A DNA stretch of 64,000 nucleotides from Octopus sinensis (taxonomy: Eukaryota), in contig NC_042997.1 in the NCBI RefSeq assembly GCF_006345805.1, positions 62,620,001 through 62,684,000 of the forward strand, written 5' to 3'. This document shows positions 1 to 12,668 of the stretch, piece by piece; position 1 is the stretch's first letter, and each line of letters starts with the position of its first letter. The position numbers and the translations under genes are program-made. The notes under the pieces are model-generated. The model did no database searches and was not told the DNA's origin. It saw only the letters and a program-made list of their open reading frames with translations.

Positions 1-129
1 ATCTATCATAGATATATATAAATATATATATAATATCGAACCATTATGAATGTTTGAATTTCTCTTACGCAATGATGTATTGTTGTATTGTTTTAAAACC
101 CCCTTTTCTAAGCGTTAAACAATGCAAGT

Positions 130-720
130 TATTAATATCACTCGCGAGAAATGTGGCTATGTTTTTGCTTGTTTGTTTGATCCTTATAACACCCGGTGTT
201 TCCGTCTCTCCCTCCTTCGTCCTCTCTCTCTTGGCGTCAATGTTCGTTTAGATTATGAAAGCAGGCTTTACTTGGAAGAAACTGTATTAGCGCTTTTGTC
301 TTCCTAGATTTATGTTACTATTATGGACGTTTCTCTATTTCTTTCTCAATGTCGTTGAATCCAAATGTTTTATTACTTTGAGAAGCAGACAAAAAAACAA
401 AAACATTTACATATTTCATCGATTAACTATTTGTCTTTTTTAATATATATTTCTATTAACATAGACACCCACGAAAAAAAAAATTATATTTCTTGTGGTT
501 CTTGCTATATTAATAATAAATAATAAGCTTTAAATATTTTACATTGTTTATATATCCTACATATATACTTAGGCCATTAGATGTTCAAAATTGAAGAAAA
601 CTCTGAAAAAAATGTTGTAGTTGAAGCTTGTCGGAAATCGGTGATAATATGCCGTCTTTATACCGACCGGTGTATTTTTCCTGGGTAAAGTCGTTTCTTA
701 TCGCAGGTGTTGAATACACT
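130..720 (+). promoter_or_regulatory. Candidate promoter / first-exon region of the PRPF40 gene
   Basis: Locally CpG-richer than the surrounding DNA. Palindrome CTCGCGAG at 141-148 (9/10 match to the TCTCGCGAGA CGCG element), ETS-like TCGGAAAT at 631-638, and ATG at 649 open to a phase-0 donor TGG|GTAAAG at 685. No transcript evidence. Confidence 0.35.
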
Positions 721-2660
721 GTTCAATATATATATATGGGAGACTTTGTACAAATAGCAGATTTGTTTCATTTTAGACAATTAAAAAAAAATAAAACAAA
801 TAGAGTTATTCGTACATTTCGCTTTTAAATATGTATGAATGTATGTCTATATATATAGTGCGTTTGTGTCAGTATGTACTGCTGTCACGAATTTATACAA
901 CAATTGTGTCATGTTTTCTCCGATCTTGTACAATGTAGCACGTGTCTCCTAAGTGTTTTTTTGAAAATAGATTTTGAGCCAGACTTCATAACCATTTTCG
1001 AATAGGCGGGCTGTATATCTAAAATAAAGAGAAATCTAAATGTAATAATCTAGAAATCACGAATACAAGATAAGCCGGTTAATCCCCCCCTTACCAAAAA
1101 TGAAAAAAACACTCAATAGAAACACTAACACAAAACCGAAAAAAGCAATTTGAAAAGTGCTTATCTTGATGATTGTATTCATATATGTATATTTATAAAA
1201 TATTATTTGAACATGTATGATTTTTTTTGTTTGATCATTAAGTTTAACAAAGTATTTTCATACACCCATTCGAATTAATTGTCCAGTTAGCTCAATGACA
1301 TTTCTCTGTTCGGTTGTGCCGTAAACTGCACTGCTGATCAATCTTCGCTCTTTCTCTTTTTGTCTATTTTCAAATTTCATTCAGGACAATAAATGTTTCA
1401 ATCAGTAGTAACATTAATTAATAAGTTAGAATTTCCATTTAGCAATTTTTTTTTATATATAGACAACTTCTAAAATATAAGCAATCAATGACAACAGATT
1501 ATTGAGAATTAAAAAAAAAAAATTTTATTGTCCACTGGAAACATTTCAAACCCGTTCCTCTCATAATTTGAAGCTAAGTCAGTTCCTTTTTTTTTTTTTT
1601 TGTTTTCATTGCAGGTTTATTATTTTTGATGTATATCTATTGGTTTTAACCTAATTTCTGTAACCATGCTGGTTGTAGATATCGGTTTAACGCCCGCTAA
1701 TTTTAGTACGGGTTTAAGTGTTCTGCAACTTATTTTTTTCTGCTGCTATAGATCTTTTGGGTTGCCCCACTCTTTTCCCGTGTCATGTCACAAATACGCA
1801 CCCACGCCAATATTTTCGTTCAGTGTCACTTTCCATTATGAAAGCAGACCCTAACAATTCGTTTCGTTTTCATGAGGTTCTATTTCCAGTAAACAACTTA
1901 ATATAACTTTTAAGAATGGCCGAGTTCATGGTTTGTTTTATGTCAGCCCTGATGGCACGGACCTATGGTGGAAAGATGTTTCAGCTGTGAACACAACTGT
2001 TCTTTTGAGTATCAAGGTGCATTGTCCACTCTGGTAGGGTTAGATTTAAAGGACGTTTGTTTGCCTTTTGTAGCGTAACAGGCCGAATGACAACGTAGAG
2101 GTGCCCTAGTTGGATTGTGGGCAGTGTTGTTTAACCGCTGGTCAGTTCTAAACGAACAGTACACCGGTAACTATCCTGCTTCCTCTGGCATTGTATATCA
2201 TTGTAAATTTAGGACTGCATTATCCAATGCATAACCTTCCCTTTCAAGATTGAAGAGTTTAAGTTTCGAGCGGGATTCATCTGCTTCCTTTAGACGTTCG
2301 TGCAACCACATGGATGCTGTTTATATTTATTGAGCTTCATGCATAAGAAGTCTTTTTTTTTTCCCTTCAAATTTTTGTCAGCTTCAAACGCTTGTGGGAA
2401 ACATGCGTTTACATTACTCTTGAAATCTAAATGTAGGGAATCTTAGTAATCAGGAACATTAAGATAATTTGTATTAAAATCCTCCAGGATTTTGTAGTGT
2501 CATTCTTATTCTTTTGTGAAAGTTGCTTTTTGTGGTATTGATGATAGTGAAGCAAGAATTTCTCCTGTGTTTTGTGCACTTCAAATACAGTTTAATAAGA
2601 GCAATTCTGCTCTGCAAATCTTCATTTTTTAGTTTTTCTTCCCAAGAGTCAAAACTGTTT

Positions 2661-3125
2661 CATCATCATCGTTTAACGTCCGCTTTCCATGCTAGCATGG
2701 GTTGGACGATTTGACTGGCGAACCTGATGGCTGCACCAGGCTCCAATCTGATCTGGCAGAGTTTCTACAGCTAGATGCCCTTCCTAACGCCAACCACTCC
2801 AAGAGTGTAGTGGGTGCTTTTACGTGCCACCTGCACGAGGGCCAGTCAGGCGGTACTGGCAACGACTACGCTCAAATGGTGCTTTTTACGTGCCACCAGC
2901 ACAGAAGCCAGTTAGTTGCTCTGGCAATGATCATGCTAAGATGGTGCTCTTAGCACTCCACTAGTACGGATGCCAGTGATCGAATTTGATTTCGATTTCA
3001 CTTGCCTCAACTGGTCTTCGCAAGCAGAGTTTAGTGTCCAATGAAGGAAAGGTATGCATAGGCCACGAGGTTATGGGCTCACTTGGCTTGCCGGGTCTTC
3101 TCAAGCACAGCAGATTTCCAAAGAT
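2661..3125 (-). mobile_element. 5'-truncated RTE LINE 3' end (last codons + 3' UTR + (GAT)n tail)
   Basis: Same tail (catcatcgtttaacgtccgctttccatgctagcatgggttgg) and ORF-end sequence as the RT-bearing copy at 3187-4753. Confidence 0.85.
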
Positions 3126-3186
3126 TTCAATATATAAATATATAGTAGACATTAAAATTTTATATATGTATGTATGTGTGTATATA

Positions 3187-4753
3187 TCATCATCATCATT
3201 TAGTGTCTGCCCTCCATGCTAGCATGGGTTGGACGGTTCAACTGGGGTCTGTGAAGCCAGAAGGCTGCATCAGGCCCAGTCTGATCTGTCAGTGTTTCTA
3301 CGGCTGGATGCCCTTCCTAACGCCAACCACTCCGTGAGTGTAGTGGGTGCTTTTTACGTGCCACCCGCACAGGTGCCAGACGGAGCTGGCAAACGGCCAC
3401 GAACGGGTGGTGCTTTTACGTGCCACCGGCATGCCGCTGGCAACGACCACGATCGGATGGTTCGCTTACTTATCACCGGCACTGGTACCACAGCTGCAAT
3501 TTCCATTGATGTTGATCGACTTCGATTTTGGTTCTGCTTTCTGATATCGGATTTGATTTGGTTTGATTTTGATTTTGATTTTCACTTGCCTCAACGGGTC
3601 TTCACAAGTGGAGTTTTGTGTCCCAAGAAGGAAAGGTATGTAGGCCACAGGTTATGTTCTCACTAGTCTTGCCGGGTCTTCTCACGCACAGCATACTTCC
3701 ATAGGTCTCGGTCTCTAGTCATTTCCTTGGTGAGACCTAAAGTTCGAAGGTCGTGCTTCACCACCTCGTCCCAGGTTTTCCTGGGTCTACCTCTTCCACA
3801 GGTTCCCTCAACTGCTAGGGTGTGGCACTTTTGCACACAACTATCTTCAGCCATTCTCGTCACATGACCATACCAACGCAAACGTCTCTCTTGCACACCA
3901 CAACTGATGCTTCTTAGGTCCAACTTTTCTCTCAAGGTACTTACACTCTGTCGATTATGAACACTGACATTACACATCCATCGGAGCATACTGGCTTCAT
4001 TTCTTGCGAGCTTACGCATATCCTCAGCAGTCACAGCCCATGTTTCACTACCATGTAGCATGGCTGTACGTACACATGCATCATACAGTCTGCCTTTTAC
4101 TCTGAGCGAGAGGCCTTTTGTCACCAGCAGGGGTAAGAGCTCTCTAAACTTTGCCCAGGCTATTCTTACTCTAGCAGTTACACTTTCAGCACACCCACCC
4201 CATCTACTGACTTGGTCACCTAGGTAGTGGAAGCTATCAACTACTTCTAGTTTTTCTCCCTGGAACGTGGTAGAAGTTGGTCTCTGCACATTTTCAGTGT
4301 TTATTGCTCCTGAGCATCTGCCACAGATAAAAACTATTTTCCTAGTTAGCCTTCCTTTGACATTGCTACACCTCTTATGTGTCCATAGCTTACACTTGGT
4401 GCACCTAATAGAGTTTCTACCTACGCCTTTTTTACAAATCGAGCAAGGCCATCTACCTGAAGGCGTTTTTGATTGGTCTACCTTCCTACTTATTAGGACT
4501 TTGGTTTTGGCTAGGTTGATTCTAAGGCCCTTCGATTCTAAACCTTGCTTCCACACCTGAAACTTCTCCTCCAGTTCTGTTAGTGACTCAGCAATTAGAG
4601 CAAGGTCATCAGCATAGAGGAGCTCCCCGGGGCATCCTGTCTTGAATTCCTCCGTTATTGCCTGGAGGACTATGATAAATAGGAGGGGACTGAGGACTGA
4701 ACCTTGGTGGACCCAACCTCTACCTCTACCCGGAATTCTTCACTGTACTCGTT
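3187..4753 (-). mobile_element. 5'-truncated RTE-clade LINE (RT C-half + PHD-like finger + C-terminus + 3' UTR + (GAT)n tail)
   Basis: VHQGSVLSPLLFI and LLYADD (YADD at 4605-4616), then ORF 3663..4556 with MLHGSETW, RRLRWYGHV and GRGRPRKTW, typical of RTE. Flanked by TA-rich microsatellite. Confidence 0.95.
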
Positions 4754-5606
4754 ATATATATATATAAAATTTTAATGTTCACTTTTCCTTGCTTGCATGG
4801 GTGAGAAAGGATTCATTGAGGCATTCTTTCTACAGCCAGATGCCCTTCCTGTCACTTATCCTCATCTGTTTGCAAGCAAGGTATTACTGGACATGTTTTT
4901 GCTGAAAATTGGAAATGGACAACATTTGTATGACAGTGGTACTTGTTTATAACTATCACAATGTCAAGATAAAGACACACATGCACACACATATATTTGG
5001 TGAGCTTCTTTAAATTTCTATCTATCAGATCCACTCATGAGGCTTTGGTTGACTTGAGTTATAGTTGAAGACATTTTATCAAAGGTGCCATGCAGTGAGA
5101 CTGACTCTGAAACCACAAAGTTGGGAGGTGAGATTTTTGACCACACATGACCGTTCCTATACATCACCCTCCTGGGCCATCAAATTATATCCTTCTCCAC
5201 CTTCATACATTTCTTACACTCCCTATGCTCTACACTGGCCTCCCACCCACATCTTTGCATTCTACGAGCCATACATTTCTCTCTTTCTCACATATATAAT
5301 ATTGGTTCATTTTCATTCCTTACACACCATCCACCTCTTAATCCTACCAATCTCTACAATTTTCACTTATTCTTCTACATCCCTCAACACTTGTTCTTTC
5401 ATTATATTCACCCCTTCATTCGTCATCTCTAATCATGCTCTCTTCCAATGCATACTCACTCCCATTCCCTATTCTACCCCCTCCCTCATTCACTCATCTT
5501 GTTCTTTGAGGTCCCACCTTAAAACTTATTTTTACCTGTTTCAATCTCCGCCCTGGTCACTTCCACCCTCTTTTCTGTAATGTGAGTATCTGTATAGCTC
5601 CTACAG

Positions 5607-5964
5607 CAATGATTCTCAATCATTTTTTACCTATGGATCCCTTTGATTATTCTTTTATTCTGGTGGACTGCCCACAACCATTCAGTGATAAAGAACTTGG
5701 TTCTATAGAAACTTCTTTCAAAATTCCCATTTTGATTACACACATTCACTTGTATAGATTTGAAATAACTCTACCTGAGGGAACCTGTTTCAGTGTCTGG
5801 AAACATATTAACTTAGAGAATGAAACTAAGCTGTTTCTTGCAGTAAATACATCTAAAGCAAAATTTTTTCATGGATCCTTAAAATACTATTGTAGATTCC
5901 CAGTTTACTATTTTGCTAGTGTAGATCCATAAAAATCTTATAGGACCCTGGTTGAGAATCACTG
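5607..5964. mobile_element. hAT-like MITE
   Basis: Imperfect 15-bp TIRs caatgattctcaatc / ggttgagaatcactg; no clear TSD. Confidence 0.5.
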
Positions 5965-6531
5965 TCATGCATTTGGGAAACTTTTCTTTTCTGGTCCCTT
6001 TTCTTGTATTTTAACCCCTCCTTATTATAACTCTACTCATTTGAAGGGGATCTTAGTCTTGTGAGTTGCATGGTAATCTCACTTATCAGTGCCACAAAAA
6101 AAAAAAAAAAAAAAATACTCAGTATGTGCTGTAAAGCAGATTTTGAAGCATGATGCAATCCTTGGGCTTGCTGGATCCTGTCAAACTATTCACTCCATAC
6201 TAGTTTGGAGGATGGATGTTAAATGTTGATGTTTATAACCTCTTTATCAAGGCATTGCATGATTGTTGTAGACAAGTGTTACTGTCACTTGAGTAGATCC
6301 TTTTCCAGTCTTCTATGGAAACATGTCCAATCATGGGGAAATACTACTTTGCTTAGAAATAAATTAAGGGTGGCAACAGGAAGATTTTTCAGCCATAGAA
6401 AATCTACTTCAGTGAATTCTGTCTGAAGATAAATTAGTTAGAATGAAAGCATGGAAAAGTGGATGTTAAAATGGTGATATGTTCTGACTTGTCATTAAGG
6501 CATGAAGAATCATGAAATATGAAATAAGACC

Positions 6532-6756
6532 TTAACCCTTTCGCATCCAGATTACTCTATCACATGTAATGCTTATTTATTCACATTGTCTTGAATTAAT
6601 CGTGCATTGTCACATAGCTTTGAGATTTCAATGATGTGTTTTAGTTCTAGAATGACATTGTAGGGTAGGTGTAAGAGGCTGTATCAGGCTGATTTGAACA
6701 TAAAAGAAGAAGACTATTTTGGCTGGATATGGCCGGTTTAAATGTTAAAGGGTAAA
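6532..6756. mobile_element. piggyBac-like MITE family A
   Basis: TTAA-CCCTTT...AAAGGG-TAAA ends. Related copies at 7430-7643 and 18238-18590, partial copies near 23860-24000 and 41223-41420. Confidence 0.8.
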
Positions 6757-7429
6757 GTTTAATAAATGCTTTTGTAATGTGAAGGATTAAAGTATTTGGC
6801 CCGTGATCATATGGTTTGGGGTTTAAGTGCTAGAAAAGCTACTTCATTTCTCATTGCTCCAACTTACTCAGCTGGAAATGATTACCAGCAGAGTACTAGT
6901 GCAGTCCTTTCTCTTTCCAGTTATCACATCCTTGCTGTTGCATTGGATCCAAAGTAGGAGGGTTGAGAGGGTGTCTGTGTCTTCTTAAAACTACATAGCC
7001 AGTAGTTGGTGAATACGTGTTTCATGCTTTCAAATCATACTCACTCATGAGTGACAGTTACGATTATTATGAGATAGCATGAGGAAAGTCATTGCCTTCA
7101 GTTGGAATGTTGAAAATATAAGGCGGCACAATCTTAAATGGTTAAGTGGCAGGAGATGAAGAGGGACAAGTGGGAATGGTGTTACGATTATATTTTGTAT
7201 TTTATTACATCAGAAGCTGAATCTCTATTGTGAAATTCAGAAATTATTGCTTCATTTTCTCCAGTTAAGTTTTACCATTTATTTCTGTAAAACTAAACAT
7301 TGCATATAAATTTCATTTCTACCCGATTCATAGTCTCTCCAAAGGCAGTGATTTTCATATTAATACACTGTATCTATTTGTTCTTTTCAGTTTTTGGTTC
7401 TGTCCTGCCTGATCTTATTTGTGTTGCCT

Positions 7430-7643
7430 CTAACCCTTTAGCATTCAGATTACTTTGTCAAACGTAATGCTTATTCACGTTCTTTTGAATTAATTTTGTA
7501 GCTTTGAGATTTTGAAATTCTGATTGTTTATTTTTAGAATGACATTGCAGGGTTTCTGTTAGAGGCTGGATCTGGCCAGTCTGAAGATAAATTAGGTAGA
7601 ATATTTGGGATAGATATAGCCAGTTTAAATGTTAAAGGGTTAA
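7430..7643. mobile_element. piggyBac-like MITE family A
   Basis: taaccctttagcatt ... aatgttaaagggttaa TIRs. Confidence 0.8.
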
Positions 7644-7899
7644 AGATGTTAAGCATCAGTTCTCTTTATATCATATTTGTAGCAACATAGTTTGTTTCTT
7701 AGTAGTCACTTTTAAAACAATAGCACAAGGTCTTTGAAAGGATCTCCAGTTTTAATGGATTTTAGATCAGTTTTTATGAATCCATTGTCTCTCTCGAATA
7801 TGATTTTGTGAATCATCCTTATAGATTTAACTCTGTCAATGCAACTGGTAATTGTATCTAGAAAGCATTTAAAACATTTTACAGGAGTGTAATTTCCTT

Positions 7900-8234
7900 T
7901 TGTAACTATTTTCCATTGAAAAAGCTTTAAATTCAGAATCAATGCTTGATAACATGAAACTCCTATCCATTTTCAAAGTTGAAGAAAAATCAATGCCGAA
8001 AAAAATGTGGAAAAAAATCTCCCAAAATCCACTGAATTGAGATATCACGTCAAGCGATGTCGGATACTATACCCAACTATTTACAAAGTGAAATCACATG
8101 TTTTAACGAATGTACCAACGAGATTTGAGTTCAAATTTACATTTAAATAACAATAGGTTCTCTCAGCTGGCCACGGCCGGGTTGGTATTATGAACCAAAA
8201 AATTTTTTGGCCGGGTTAGTAACGAAAGGGTTAA
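7900..8234 (-). mobile_element. Terminal fragment of a piggyBac-family element related to 56680-57771
   Basis: Ends ...ggccgggttagtaacgaaagggTTAA, similar to the reverse complement of the left end of the 56680 element. Inner boundary approximate. Confidence 0.6.
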
Positions 8235-8440
8235 TACTGGGTATACTAGTTGAGTTGTTTGATAAAGTTGTTTGGAACTATAAAGTTGCTTGGTGTGTAT
8301 GTGTATTAATACTGGGTATACTAGTTGAGTTATTTGATAAAGTTGTTTGGAACTATTGATTGTATTTCCAGTTTTAATTTAGTGTGGCTATTACTTTCTT
8401 GAAGTATAAGGTTTATCTCTATAACAGGGAGAGTGAAATA

Positions 8441-9720
8441 TTAGGTTGGCAACTAAGTTCCCGCTGTTTTTTAATTTATATTTTTTAAAAGGTTTAATAA
8501 AAAATAACAACTAATTAATCAATAATGTATTCACCCTTGTTTACAATTTCCTCCCAACATTCAACAAGATTTTCAATACCTATTTCTTTATTACCCACAA
8601 GGAGCTAAACACAGAGGGGACAAACAAGGACAGACATAGGTATTAAGTTGATTACATCGACCCCAGTGCGTAACTGGTACTTAATTTATCAACCCCGAAA
8701 CGGTGAAAGGCAAAGTCGACCTCGGCGGAATTTGAACTCACAACGTAGCGCAGACGAAATACCGCTAAGCATTTCGCCCGGCGTGCTAACGTTTCTGCCA
8801 GCTCGCCGCCTTGATTTTCAAAAAAGATTTTCAATACCTTGTTGTTAGAAATCACCTGATTTTGACTCGGAAAATTAATCCAACTAAGCTCTCAATTGTG
8901 CATCAGTATTGAATGAAACTCCATGCATAGCATTTGAAAGAGGTGGAAATCCGTTGGTGCCAAATCAAGAGACTATGGTGGGTGTGGCAGCACTTCCCAG
9001 CCATACGTTTGAATGGCTTCCTTGGTCATATTGGCGATATGAGGGCAGGTGTTGTCATGCAGCAAAAGAATCCCATGCTGACGATTAGGTCTTTTCTCTT
9101 GAATAGCTGTGTTGAATCGTTTCATCTGTTGAACATAGAGTTCCACTTTGACCGGTTCCATTCAAGCAATTCATAATGGAACTTCCCAGTCCCACCATAT
9201 GCACATCATCGTTTTACGCGGATGAAGATCTTGTTTCACAAGTGGATCACTTGTTTACCGTGGCTAAGCCATTCCTTATGCTGCTTCATATTGATGTACA
9301 GGCACCATTTTTTGTCGCCAGTAATGATTTGGTAAAGAAATCGTTGTTTGTGTTCACGAGTTGAGTGGTGACGAGCAAGCAGACCAGCACAGATTGTGGC
9401 TTGTTGATTTTTGTTGTTGTCACTAAAAGCATTTCTATTTTTAAAATTTCTATTTTTGAACTTGGCATATCAATCACGAGCAGTTCTTTCAGCTATGGCA
9501 CCCTCTCTATACATAGCACAAATGTTGTGAGCAGCTTTTGCAGCCTTAGAACCTTGATTAAAAGCAAAAAGAAGGTGGTGTCGAAAATGTTCGTTTTTCT
9601 TAAATTGACATTCCATTTTAATGATCTGAAAATAAATAAAAATTAATTAAAATTAATGAGAAAAAAACAAGATAGATTCCCAAATGATTTAAAAATAGAT
9701 TCCAAAATTTAAAAACGCAA
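8441..9720 (-). mobile_element. Decayed mariner (D,D34D) transposon with internal deletion and SINE insertion
   Basis: TA + TIR ttaggttggcaactaagttccc. Minus-strand remnants MECQFKKNEHFRH (ATG at 9616), ITGDKKW, LLHDNTCPH, SLDLAPTDFHLF, GEYIID*, with stops and frameshifts. Confidence 0.93.
8582..8812 (-). mobile_element. tRNA-derived SINE (GGCGGCGAGCTGGCAGAA head, Nin/Deu-like central domain), near intact
   Basis: A/B-box-like head on the minus strand; 16-bp TSD aagattttcaatacct at 8566-8581 and 8824-8839. Confidence 0.9.
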
Positions 9721-10049
9721 TAAATTCCATATATATAAATACAGATGTATGTGTGTATGTATATATATATATCATGCTAGCATGGAGAACGGACGTTAAA
9801 CGATGATGATGATGATATATATATTTATGTATTTATTTATGCAACTGAAGATTGCTCTACATTTTAAAACTGATGTAATATTTGCATTGTTCAATTAAAT
9901 GGAAACGATTGTACTGCATTACCTCTGGATATTCTTGTTGCTTATTTTGATTGTAATCACCCCATTTTGAATTATATGGATAATACCATACTAAATTATG
10001 GTGCCTTTAATTTAAGTACCATATTCAACTGAATCTAAATTTTACTGAA

Positions 10050-10051
<2 letters not shown>

Positions 10052-10140
<89 letters not shown>
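10052..10140. repeat. Compound microsatellite (TA)n(TG)n(TA)n
   Basis: Directly visible; abuts the mariner TIR at 10141. Confidence 0.97.
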
Positions 10141-10144
<4 letters not shown>

Positions 10145-11043
10145 GTTGTCTGGAAAGTTCATGCCGATTATAGCAGCTTACCTTTCGACTTATTTTCGAA
10201 CATGGTTGACTCCATAAAATAGGATTTGACTACATCTCCATTTAGAGCACAGTTTAAGCTATCTTTTCATGGAAGAAGGTTTATGTTCCTATAACCTGTG
10301 TTAATTCTGTAACCTTTTAAAATGGAAGATAAGAAAGTTCATTTTCGGCACTTTATGCTTTTCTTGTAAAGGGAAAAATGCCTCCCAAGCAACCAAAGAA
10401 ATATGCACAGTTTACGGTGATGTTTCTTTATCCGAAAGAACTGTACGGAAGTGGTTCGCAAGGTTCCGAAATGGAGATTGTAGCCTTATTGATAAAGAGT
10501 AATCAGGCAGACCATCCACTACAGATGATGATCAAATCAAGTCATTAATTAAGAATAACCCACATTGCACAACCCAAGAATTGGCAGAAAGCCTCAACCT
10601 ATCAAAATCCGTCGTTCATGAGCACCTGGTAAGGCTTGGGTACACAAATTGCTACGATGGTTGGCTACCACATGAGTTGAGTGAGAAGAACTTTTTGGAT
10701 TGCATTTCCATCTGTGATTCGCTTTATAAAACGCGCCTTTTTTAAAGGAAATTGTGACAGGTGATGAGAAATGGATTATCTACCGAAATGTTCAGAGAAA
10801 GCGATCCTGGAGTAAGCAACATGAGCCATCCTTAGCCATCCCAAAAGCGGGTCTTCACCATAAAAAAGTCTTACTTTGTGTCTGGTGAGATTGGAAAGGA
10901 ATTCTGTACTATGAGCTTCTCCCAAGTAACCAGACAATTCTGAGAAATACTGCACACAATTGGATGAGTTAAAAGCAGCAATTCAAGAGAAACATCCAGA
11001 ATTGGCCAACAGGAAAGATGTTGTTTTCCAACATGATAATGCA
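10141..11043 (+). mobile_element. Second mariner, 5' two-thirds (TIR + HTH + DD up to HDNA)
   Basis: TIR ttgggttgtctggaaagttc; ATG at 10322, MEDKKVHFRH..., SGRP, IVTGDEKWIIY, VFQHDNA (ends 11043); frameshifts and stops. Confidence 0.93.
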
Positions 11044-11340
11044 TGTGGGGCGTAGGCGGAGAAAATTGTAGCTGTTCTGCAGGACTAGCCTGAGCTTAAG
11101 CACTCTATTGCATACCCTGACAACCTCTATGACCTTATCTACCCATTTCTCCGCAAAGAGTATGCCAACACCCCTACACCATCCATGTTACCTTGTCAGA
11201 AGACTTTATATTTATGTGCCTTGCCTATGAGGACCCTAGCTGAAGCTCCTCACCTCTTGTATGCAGCATACATCAACCCATCTCCTTTCAAGCATCTCTA
11301 CAATCTCACTAGACCTACCTTTCAGTGTGCCAACAGCGCC
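11044..11340 (-). mobile_element. RTE LINE APE-endonuclease fragment
   Basis: Minus-strand VGTLKGRSSEIVEMLERRWVDVCCIQEVR and GVGILFAEKWVDKVIEVVRV. Confidence 0.85.
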
Positions 11341-11636
11341 TGGAAAGAAGAGGGAAAATCTTAGAACTATACAAAAACTCAACAGAAACCTAAATCTAAA
11401 GATGAAGTGTTTCGATTTTTGCATGAAAAGTGGGCAGAAAATCCCCATGATACAATCACAAAGCTCATCAGTTCAGTGCCAAAAAAAGTTTCTGAATTAA
11501 AAACTGCAAAGAGAATGTCAACTAAATACTAGAGTGTGTAGTCCTACCTATCGATTACATTTTAATTGTTCGCTTTGCGTATTAAATAAAAAATTTTGAA
11601 AATTAAAGGTGTGTATTTACTTCCTGCATGTCTGTG
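11341..11636 (+). mobile_element. 3' end of a Tc1-like transposon
   Basis: KPKSKDEVFRFLHEKWAENPHDTITKLISSVPKKV...MSTKY* resembles Tc1 C-termini; putative right TIR ending ...ctgtg|TA. Confidence 0.7.
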
Positions 11637-11811
11637 TATATACATATAATGTGTGTATATATATATATATATATATAATGTATATATGTGTGTATGTATA
11701 TATATGTGTATATGTCATCATCATCATCATCATCGTTTAACGTCCGTTTTCCGCGCTAGCACGGGTTGGACGGTATGTATATATATGTATATATAGATAT
11801 GTACATATATT

Positions 11812-12350
11812 TCATCATCGCCGTCGTTTAATGTCCGCTCTCCACACTGGCATGGGTTGGATGGTATGAGTGAGGACTGGTGTGCTGGAAGGCTGCACCA
11901 GGTTCCGATCTGATCTGGCAATGTTCCTAATGCCAACAACCATGCTCAAAGGTGTTTTCACATGCCACATGCAAGGTAGCCAGTCCAGCGGCATTGGCAA
12001 CGACTACGCTCGAATGTTGCTTTTCCCGTGCCAGGAAGGCGGCATTGGCAATGATCACTCTTGAATTGTGCTTTTTTACATGTCACCGGTATGGGTGCCA
12101 GTCTGCAGCCCTGACAATGATCACATTCGGATGGTGCTTTTAACATTCCACTAACACGAGTGCCAATCAGCCGGTACTGTCATTGGCCACATCAGCGATT
12201 TTGATTTCACTTGCCTCAACAGGTCTTCGCAAGTGCATTTTATTGCCTAATGATTGAAGGCTGCTCTTAAATGGACTGATTATGCTGCATAGGCCACGGT
12301 TATGGTGTCACTTGGCTTGCTGGCTCTTCTCAAGCACAGCAAATCTCCAA
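11812..12350 (-). mobile_element. Older RTE 3' end with several diverged 3' UTR repeat units
   Basis: Tail and ORF-end sequence like 2661-3125. Confidence 0.8.
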
Positions 12351-12668
12351 TGGAGAGTTACTGATGGAAGTAACTCCATAAATTTCACTTTAATCCATAC
12401 ACCTTCTTAAATTTGCCTATAAATTTCTTATTTATCTTTGCAACAGTTTTGTGTTTTTCCTGCTGATAACAGCTTTTTTCTGGTTCCATCAATACTGGCT
12501 CTTTGGTTCACTAACAAATTTCACTTCAACTTGTACTATTCATTATTTTCTGTAAAAATTTCTTATTTACTTTCTGCTTTCATATTAAGAAATATAATTT
12601 CCGTTACCCAGTTATTTTCATTGTTTACTATCTTCTGCACCTGTGTATTTCTGTATACATATTTAACC

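Noticed and set aside
5065-5932. 171-aa and 116-aa ORFs
   Set aside because: They run through a SINE remnant, a CT-rich tract and a MITE; biased composition with no recognisable domain.
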